Part shown: positions 26,603-32,000 of the stretch, piece after piece
Position numbering within the stretch: position 1 is the first letter of the stretch
Layout: each line of letters starts with the position of its first letter
Source: Edaphobacter aggregans
Lineage (GTDB): Bacteria; Acidobacteriota; Terriglobia; Terriglobales; Acidobacteriaceae
DNA: 32,000 nucleotides
NCBI RefSeq assembly: GCF_003945235.1
Contig: NZ_RSDW01000001.1
Location: forward strand, 4,050,001-4,082,000
Reading direction: 5' to 3'
Position numbers and translations under genes: made by a program
The notes under the pieces: model-generated
The model's database searches: none
Told to the model about the DNA's origin: nothing
The model's input: the letters and a program-made list of their open reading frames with translations, nothing else

Positions 26603-26649
26603 ATTCTCTTTCGGAAGATACATCTTTTACTAGCTTCCTTACTAAAACC

Positions 26650-28638
26650 TCAGTTTGTTCCCTCCACCACAGGCAAAGCCCGAGCCGTCAACTGCGCAAT
26701 ATCCAACAACTGCGGCGGAGCTTCACTCACCGCTGACAACGCATCGCGAAACATCGTATTGCAAAACGGACAAGCCGTCCCCACAACCTGCGCTCCCGTC
26801 CCCGCAAGCTCCTTCGCCCTCACATGGCTCACACGCTCACCCTGCTCCTCCCCAAGAAACGCCAACCCACCACCCGCGCCACAGCAAAAACTCCGCTCAT
26901 GCGATCGAGGAGCCTCCACCAAAGTTCCAGCCTTCGCCACAATCTCCCGAGGCTCCTCATACACATCCTGATACCGCCCCAGGTAGCAGGGATCGTGATA
27001 AACAATGCTCTCCCCACCCCCCTGCTGCGGCAGCCGATCCTTATGCCGAGCCATAAACTCCGAGTGGTGCTCAATCTCCGGAGCCACCCCATACTCCCGC
27101 CAGTCATTCGCAATCGTCCTCACGCAATGCGGACAGATCGTCACAATCTTCTTCACCTTTGCCGTCTCAAACGCCTTCAGCCCCGCCTCCGCCATCGTCT
27201 GAAACACCAGATCATTCCCCAGCCGTCGCGCCGGATCCCCCGTACACTTCTCCTTCTTCAGCACGCCAAACGTAGTCCCTAAAAATCCCATCACCCGCGC
27301 AAAATCCGCAATAATCTCGCGCCCCTTCGGATCGTACCCACCCATGCACCCCAGCCAAAGGCAGTACTCCTGCGACCCATCGAAAATAGGGAACCCCTGC
27401 TTCTGAATAAACTTGTCGCGCTCCATCGCACTCAACCCCAGCGCGTTTCCATTCTTCTCCAGCGCCAGAAACAGCTTCGTCCCATAGCTGTCCTCCCACA
27501 CACCCGTATTGGTCGCGCCCCGCCTTAGTCCAACGATGATCGGCACATGCTGAATCCCCACCGGACATTGATATTCGCAGCTCCCACACGTCGTGCACTC
27601 AAACGCCGCCTCCATACTCATGTACTTCGCAGGAGGATTATCCGGCGAAGTCACGCGCCCCTCAGTAAGCAGCGCCATCTCCGACTCCGGCCCAAACTCA
27701 TTCAGATAAGACCGCATCCCCAAAATGATCTCTTTGGGATTAAGCACCTTCCCCGTTGTCGATGCCGGACAATGCTCCGTGCATCGCCCGCACTCCACGC
27801 AGCTATACGCCTGCAGCGAGATCAGCTGTGTCACATCCTTGCCCGCGACCAAGCCAAAGTCCTCATCTCCCGCCAGCGGAGGAATCTTCGAAAACCCATC
27901 CCGCTTCAAAAAGATCGTGACCGGACTAAGCACCAGGTGCAGATGCTTCGTATGCGGAATCAACGGCAGAAACACCAGCAGCGCCAGCGTATGGGTCCAC
28001 CACAACGCCTTCACCGCCGTTCCACCCTCGTCCACAAAGAACGCCGCCAGATACGTCACCATCAACAGAAAGATCAGGAAAGCAATAAACCCCGACTCAT
28101 ATGAGACCTTCTCGCCCAGCCAGATAGGTCGCACAAAGAACCGCCGCACAAACAACCCGAAGATCGACACCGCAACCAGCAGAGCCCACGCAGCCGCAAA
28201 CAGAAAGTAAAACCCACCCACATAGCTGGCCGGAGGTAGAAACCCCAGACGAATCCCATTCGCCAGATGATTCAAGCTCACCAGCGCAAACGCCAGAAAC
28301 CCCCAGAAGACAAAAGCATGCGCCAACCCAGGCAACGGTCGCTGCTTGATCACCTTCGCCTGACAAAGCACCTCCCAGACGAAGTCCCACACCCGCCGTC
28401 CCACCGGCGCGAGCGAGAAATCCGCATCTTTCTTTGACTGGAGAATGTTCCGAAGAATCGGTCCGAACCGCCAGAAGAACAGCGCGCCTGACGCCGCAAC
28501 GCAGACGACCAGCAGCCCAATCTCAAACCACGAGAAGTGCTCCGGCTCAGCCAGCGTAGCCGAAACCCGCAACCCTGAAAGAAGCATCGATCCCGCGAAA
28601 CGGGAGCCCGCCACCGTCACAAGCGACACATCCACCAT
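26650..28638 (-). CDS. Membrane-bound (Fe-S)-binding oxidoreductase, HdrD/GlpC-like CCG domains fused to a polytopic membrane domain (EtfD/DUF224-type candidate ETF:quinone oxidoreductase)
   Basis: 662-aa ORF. The N-terminal ~270 aa carry about six hydrophobic helices (AHAFVFWGFLAFALV, WWTHTLALLVFLPLIPHTKHLH). These are followed by CVECGRCTEHCP and CTTCGSCEYQCP, then Cys-rich modules (ICPHC, DPCYLGRY, SFCCGAGGG, TACPFC). An alternative start at Met18 (28587) is possible. Confidence 0.85.
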   Translation of the reverse strand: MVDVSLVTVAGSRFAGSMLLSGLRVSATLAEPEHFSWFEIGLLVVCVAASGALFFWRFGPILRNILQSKKDADFSLAPVGRRVWDFVWEVLCQAKVIKQRPLPGLAHAFVFWGFLAFALVSLNHLANGIRLGFLPPASYVGGFYFLFAAAWALLVAVSIFGLFVRRFFVRPIWLGEKVSYESGFIAFLIFLLMVTYLAAFFVDEGGTAVKALWWTHTLALLVFLPLIPHTKHLHLVLSPVTIFLKRDGFSKIPPLAGDEDFGLVAGKDVTQLISLQAYSCVECGRCTEHCPASTTGKVLNPKEIILGMRSYLNEFGPESEMALLTEGRVTSPDNPPAKYMSMEAAFECTTCGSCEYQCPVGIQHVPIIVGLRRGATNTGVWEDSYGTKLFLALEKNGNALGLSAMERDKFIQKQGFPIFDGSQEYCLWLGCMGGYDPKGREIIADFARVMGFLGTTFGVLKKEKCTGDPARRLGNDLVFQTMAEAGLKAFETAKVKKIVTICPHCVRTIANDWREYGVAPEIEHHSEFMARHKDRLPQQGGGESIVYHDPCYLGRYQDVYEEPREIVAKAGTLVEAPRSHERSFCCGAGGGLAFLGEEQGERVSHVRAKELAGTGAQVVGTACPFCNTMFRDALSAVSEAPPQLLDIAQLTARALPVVEGTN

Positions 28639-28723
28639 CCGAACCCATCCACGGGCGACGCCTTAGGTGCGCATCACTCGCATCCCGAACAATCTCCGCA
28701 GCAGCTCCGGTGTCGTTTCAGCG

Positions 28724-29008
28724 TTAGTAGCTGAGGAACTCAGTGCTTCCGCGGCGCAGACGCACGCCAGCAACGCCAAACACAAGTGCAAGGGCAAACA
28801 CGGCCACGTCCCAATAAACCATCGGATGAGCCCAGCCGGGCGACAGGGTCCAGTCCTGCCCAGCCCACAATGTGACCAACGACCCAACGATCAGACATTG
28901 AACGCAGATCACCAGAAACAGCTGGCCGCGACGGCGCCGCTTATCCAGCAGTTCAACCTGCTCGGGCGTTAGGTTACGTTCTTCCAAGGGCAGCAGTGTG
29001 TTTGCCAT
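28724..29008 (-). CDS. Small hypothetical membrane protein (94 aa, two helices)
   Basis: MANTLLPLEERNLTPEQVELLDKRRRRGQLFLVICVQCLIVGSLVTLWA...VYWDVAVFALALVFGVAGV. It is the first gene of the minus-strand block that continues into the Fe-S oxidoreductase and etfBA. Confidence 0.5.
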   Translation of the reverse strand: MANTLLPLEERNLTPEQVELLDKRRRRGQLFLVICVQCLIVGSLVTLWAGQDWTLSPGWAHPMVYWDVAVFALALVFGVAGVRLRRGSTEFLSY

Positions 29009-29149
29009 GTTTGTACTCGTCTCCTGCGTGTTGTTCCGGTTCGAAGGGCTGCCGCCCCGCCGGGCAACAGCACCTCCATTAAATCACAGCATTCGTCTCC
29101 CGAAATCCTCACACCGAAGACAGCTTTCGTCTACGCACGCGAAAGCATA

Positions 29150-29167
29150 AATGAATACCCATTCATT
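29150..29167. promoter_or_regulatory. Palindrome AATGAAT-ACCC-ATTCATT in a divergent control region (candidate operator)
   Basis: Perfect 7-bp arms (29150-29156 / 29161-29167), about 140 nt upstream of the 28724-29008 gene and about 190 nt upstream of the 29359 gene. An adjacent second inverted repeat is GCTTTCG (29123-29129) / CGAAAGC (29140-29146). Confidence 0.3.
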
Positions 29168-29358
29168 CGTAAAGCAGTCTTTGCAATGACTGTTAGCAAA
29201 CCAACCTTGCCACACTTTTCTCCAAGACCCAACCACCAAAAATGCATTCCTGGGATGGCCCCTATCAACATTCCCGCATCCTAACGAGAGGTAAAAATTT
29301 CCCCGGTCGAAATGCTGCAAAAGCCTTGAATTCAATTCGAACACTGGAGAAACCGTCC

Positions 29359-29982
29359 ATGCCAACCATCCATGCCCGCCATCTCACCCATCGCGTGGCC
29401 ACACTTTTGCTCCTCGCAGCGCCAACCCTACTAGCCCAGCAGACCACCACCACAACCACCACACCCCAGGGCGTCACAAAAGACGTTCAGGTCGAAAACT
29501 CCACCGTAGTCTATGTCTCCGGCGACACCGTCGTCCTCAGAAACGCCGCTGGCGACCTGCAACTCCTTAGTTTACCGGCAGGTGAGACCGTTTCAGTGAA
29601 CGGCCAACCCACCGCTCCAAGAGACCTGAAGCCCGGCACAACCCTGACGCACGTCCACATGAGGAGCGTGCAACAGTCCACCGTAACCAACGTCACCCAG
29701 ATCGACGGAACCGTCATACGCTTTATCACGCCCAACTCGGTAATCCTCCGGCTCGGAGACAACACAGTAGACCGTTTCACGATTCCGTCGCACGCGAACA
29801 TTCAAGTAGATGGCAGGGATGTCAGGCCATCTGATCTGCGCCCGGGAATGAGAGTATCCGCTACCGTGGTCAGGACCAACGAACAGCATACTCACTCCAA
29901 TCAGACGAGTGTTTCAGGCGCCGTCGCCACGCCCCCACAGCGCGGGACGCTATTGATCTTCGCTGGACCGGCCAGGGAGTAG
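29359..29982 (+). CDS. Hypothetical secreted protein with a poly-Thr linker and two tandem ~55-aa beta-rich repeats
   Basis: Start set at MPTIHARHLTHRVATLLLLAAPTLLAQQ (ATG 29359, internal to listed ORF 29242-29982), followed by TTTTTTT. Repeat 1 is VVYVSGDTVVLRNAAGDLQLLSLPAGETVSVNGQPTAPRDLKPG. Repeat 2 is VIRFITPNSVILRLGDNTVDRFTIPSHANIQVDGRDVRPSDLRPG. Confidence 0.65.
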   Translation: MPTIHARHLTHRVATLLLLAAPTLLAQQTTTTTTTPQGVTKDVQVENSTVVYVSGDTVVLRNAAGDLQLLSLPAGETVSVNGQPTAPRDLKPGTTLTHVHMRSVQQSTVTNVTQIDGTVIRFITPNSVILRLGDNTVDRFTIPSHANIQVDGRDVRPSDLRPGMRVSATVVRTNEQHTHSNQTSVSGAVATPPQRGTLLIFAGPARE

Positions 29983-30029
29983 CAGCAGCCGACGGGATGC
30001 CTCTTCACTCACGCCAGTTTCGTCACCAC

Positions 30030-30060
30030 GAGACGCCCTCGTCGTTGAGAAGGGCGTCTC
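30030..30060. terminator. Hairpin between convergent genes (candidate bidirectional terminator, no U-tract)
   Basis: Perfect 10-bp stem GAGACGCCCT (30030-30039) / AGGGCGTCTC (30051-30060) with an 11-nt loop. There is no clear T-run on either side. Confidence 0.5.
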
Positions 30061-30113
30061 AAGTTGGTCCCTTCATCTACTCTTCCACCTGATTCCTTCG
30101 ACTTGTCGGCTTC

Positions 30114-30386
30114 CTAAATGAAGGCTACGGATTGAATCCCGGCGACATCAAACCGCTTCCTGCACCGGACATTTTTGCACCCAACCATATCGTCCCGCCG
30201 CACCATATAGCTCTGTGCCTTGGCAAAGCGGGCACGGTCACGATCGTCAGCACCGCGTGGCAGTTGAGCTTTCTTCCGCCTCACCAGCCAGCCCAATTCA
30301 TACTCAGCCTGTTGCCCGCAGTGGGGACACGTCATCGTATGTGTGCGTTGTTCGGGCCGTTCATCAAAAAAATCGCGCTCTTCCAT
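30114..30386 (-). CDS. Small zinc-ribbon-like protein (90 aa)
   Basis: MEERDFFDERPEQRTHTMTCPHCGQQAEYELGW...DMVGCKNVRCRKRFDV carries CPHC plus CxxxxC pairs. ATG 30386 is preceded by GAGG at 6-nt spacing and preferred over the listed 30425. Confidence 0.55.
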   Translation of the reverse strand: MEERDFFDERPEQRTHTMTCPHCGQQAEYELGWLVRRKKAQLPRGADDRDRARFAKAQSYMVRRDDMVGCKNVRCRKRFDVAGIQSVAFI

Positions 30387-30526
30387 GCTGCACCTCGCCG
30401 GATGCGGCGCAACCTGCACACGCACCCCCCATGCAATCCTGCCTCAGTGGAGCCTCTGCGGGCAAGAGTATTGCATAATCACGGGGTACCACTGCGGTTC
30501 TTTCCACGCGGTCGTCCAAACACTTT

Positions 30527-30709
30527 ATGAGTAAGCCAAAGAAACAGATATTCTCCAAGATCAAAGCCGTCAAGGCCAACGCTCGCACTCGCGTGGGCGC
30601 TCCACCACCTGAACGCGTCCTCCCCGACCCCAAACAGAAGCTCGCCGCCAAACCGAAGCATAAAAAGACCCTGGCTGACCTCATCAGCACCACAGGAGAA
30701 GAATCATGA
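30527..30709 (+). CDS. Tiny Lys/Pro-rich basic ORF (60 aa), possibly translationally coupled to the SIMPL gene
   Basis: MSKPKKQIFSKIKAVKANARTRVGAPPPERVLPDPKQKLAAKPKHKK... Its stop overlaps the next start (ATGA at 30706-30709). There is no obvious SD before its own ATG, so it may be only 5' leader. Confidence 0.35.
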   Translation: MSKPKKQIFSKIKAVKANARTRVGAPPPERVLPDPKQKLAAKPKHKKTLADLISTTGEES

Positions 30710-31434
30710 CTAAATTTCATCTCAGCGTTCTAGCCCTTTGCGCAATTGCTCTCGCAACCACAGCTGGCGCCCAGACCATCCAGGTCAACCGGGATAACCG
30801 CACCATTGCTGTCACTGCCACCGACAAAGTCACCGTCATGGCCGACACCGCCACCGTCCACATCGGCTTCGTCGCCTACGGCCCCGACAGCGATACCGCC
30901 TACGCCAACGGATCTCGCGTCTCCAACGCCATCATGAATGCCCTGACGACGGCCGGTATTCCGAGAGAGACAATCGAGAGCGAAAGCCAGAGTCTCGCCC
31001 CTTCCCAGAACTTCCAGGTGGACAGGCTTACCCCTGCCGAACGAACTCAGCGCCAGTTCATGGTGAACCAGAGCTGGACGGTTCGAACCCCAGCCGACAA
31101 CGCCGCTAGGCTACTGGACATCGCCGTCAAAGCCGGAGCCAACCAGTCCGGCCAGATCGAGTGGAGCTTCAGGGACGAGCATGCCCCCGAGTCTGAAGCC
31201 GCCGCCAAAGCCCTCAAGAGCGCCCGTACCCAGGCCGAACAGATGGCGACCAGTCTAAGCACAAAGCTAGGAGCCCTCCTCTTCGCCAGCAACCAGACGC
31301 AGGCCGAAGTCATTCGCCCCATGATGCGTGCGATGGCCGCACCCATGGTGGCGGGCAGGGCCGAGCCTCTCGCCATCAACCCACGCCAGATCGAAAAATC
31401 CGCCACCGTCTACGCAGTGTTCGCCATCGAGTAA
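30706..31434 (+). CDS. SIMPL domain (DUF541, BP26/YggE-like) periplasmic protein
   Basis: 242-aa ORF. Signal peptide MTKFHLSVLALCAIALATTAGAQ and a SIMPL-like layout (IAVTATDKVTVMADTATVHIGF..., AARLLDIAVKAGANQSGQIEWSF, AAAKALKSARTQAEQMA, ...KSATVYAVFAIE). AGGAGA lies 6 nt before the ATG. Confidence 0.8.
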   Translation: MTKFHLSVLALCAIALATTAGAQTIQVNRDNRTIAVTATDKVTVMADTATVHIGFVAYGPDSDTAYANGSRVSNAIMNALTTAGIPRETIESESQSLAPSQNFQVDRLTPAERTQRQFMVNQSWTVRTPADNAARLLDIAVKAGANQSGQIEWSFRDEHAPESEAAAKALKSARTQAEQMATSLSTKLGALLFASNQTQAEVIRPMMRAMAAPMVAGRAEPLAINPRQIEKSATVYAVFAIE

Positions 31435-31481
31435 ACTTCCTCCCAGCGTTCGATCACCGTGTTCAGGAAAAAAGAGGCCCC

Positions 31482-32000
31482 ATGCCCGTCCATACCTATC
31501 GTGAACTCAAGCCGACCCCCGAAGCCGAAGCCATCTATCGCCGCTGGCTCGCGAACCTCAATGAAGAGTTCACCCGACACCAGAACTTCGAACGCCGCGC
31601 CGACATCGTCCGCGACGAGCTCTACCAGATGTACCTCGCCAAGACCCATGGTGGCCGCAAGCAGACGACCCTTACCAGCGAACTCGCCACCAACGTGCTG
31701 GCTGAGTGCTTCGATCCCCGTAACGTCACCCTTGAGCCTGAGTACTACGGCGACGTAAACGTCGAACAGTACAACCTCCGCAAGCCTCTCATCTGGTTCT
31801 GGCAGATGTTCGACCGCTCGCCGCTCGGCCTTAATCACTGGCTAGGCTTCCGGTTCCGATGCATGCTGGGCCGCCACATCTTCCGCCACCTCGGAACCGG
31901 CGTCAAAATCTTCCATAACGTCGAATTCACCTACGGCTACAACCTCACCATCGAGGACAACTGCACCATCCACAAAAACGTCATGCTCGACGACCGCGGC
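31482..32000 (+). CDS. Hexapeptide-repeat (left-handed beta-helix) acyltransferase; N-terminal 173 codons, continues beyond the window end
   Basis: Not in the ORF track (no stop in window). ATG 31482 opens MPVHTYRELKPTPEAEAIYRRWLANLNEEF...WFWQMFDRSPLGLNHWLGFRFRCMLGRHIFRHLGTGVKIFHNVEFTYGYNLTIEDNCTIHKNVMLDDRG. The last ~35 residues show the hexapeptide-repeat pattern. The listed minus ORF 31410-31838 is its antisense shadow. Confidence 0.75.
   Translation, partial: MPVHTYRELKPTPEAEAIYRRWLANLNEEFTRHQNFERRADIVRDELYQMYLAKTHGGRKQTTLTSELATNVLAECFDPRNVTLEPEYYGDVNVEQYNLRKPLIWFWQMFDRSPLGLNHWLGFRFRCMLGRHIFRHLGTGVKIFHNVEFTYGYNLTIEDNCTIHKNVMLDDRG

Noticed and set aside
29030-29060. tRNA-like T-loop string GGTTCGAAGG
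   Set aside because: No acceptor, D or anticodon arms can be drawn around it. It is an isolated resemblance in a GC-rich leader.
29084-29365. Listed 93-aa minus ORF in the divergent control region
   Set aside because: It has no SD, odd composition and a low-GC3 look. It would overlap the start of the + strand secreted-protein gene. I treat the region as non-coding.
31410-31838. Listed 142-aa minus ORF at the window end
   Set aside because: It is antisense to the hexapeptide acyltransferase frame, which has clear family features. The minus product is Glu/Val/Gly-rich with no motifs.
1-32000. Mobile elements, prophage remnants, defence systems (RM, TA, CBASS, retron, CRISPR-Cas) and rRNA/tRNA genes
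   Set aside because: I looked for integrase, transposase, reverse-transcriptase or nuclease-like ORFs, long terminal inverted repeats, tRNA-flanked boundaries and repeat arrays, and saw none. The only nucleotide-cyclase-like gene is an ordinary GAF-GGDEF protein with no effector partner.

Overview
This is a GC-rich 32-kb chromosomal window. Its protein repertoire (a CarboxypepD_reg-type TonB-dependent receptor, a PL10 lyase, many signal-peptide orphans) and a 'gtcatcctgagcgaagg...gtcgaaggacc' intergenic element look acidobacterial (Terriglobia-like), but that is inference only. I can support about 32 protein-coding genes in ten alternating strand blocks. I recognised no rRNA, tRNA, CRISPR array, transposase, integrase or phage gene. 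Housekeeping genes are cca, tsaD, cysS, moaA and etfBA. Two real genes run off the window edges and are therefore missing from the ORF track: a formate-dehydrogenase-alpha-like molybdoenzyme (1-2049, minus) and a hexapeptide-repeat acyltransferase (31482-32000, plus). The accessory or poorly understood content is as follows. (1) A MarR-pirin operon preceded by twin 12-bp palindromes. (2) A minus-strand block of EamA-MocR followed by Tat-cupin, DoxX-like and EamA genes. (3) A small Cys/His membrane protein paired with a TonB-dependent receptor. (4) A membrane HdrD/GlpC-like Fe-S oxidoreductase upstream of etfBA, with an unusually structured 199-nt intercistronic spacer. (5) A zinc-ribbon, tiny basic ORF and SIMPL cluster. 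I found no convincing defence island and no obviously new multi-gene system. The findings are leads of moderate strength, and all homology calls rest on motifs I read by eye, not on searches.
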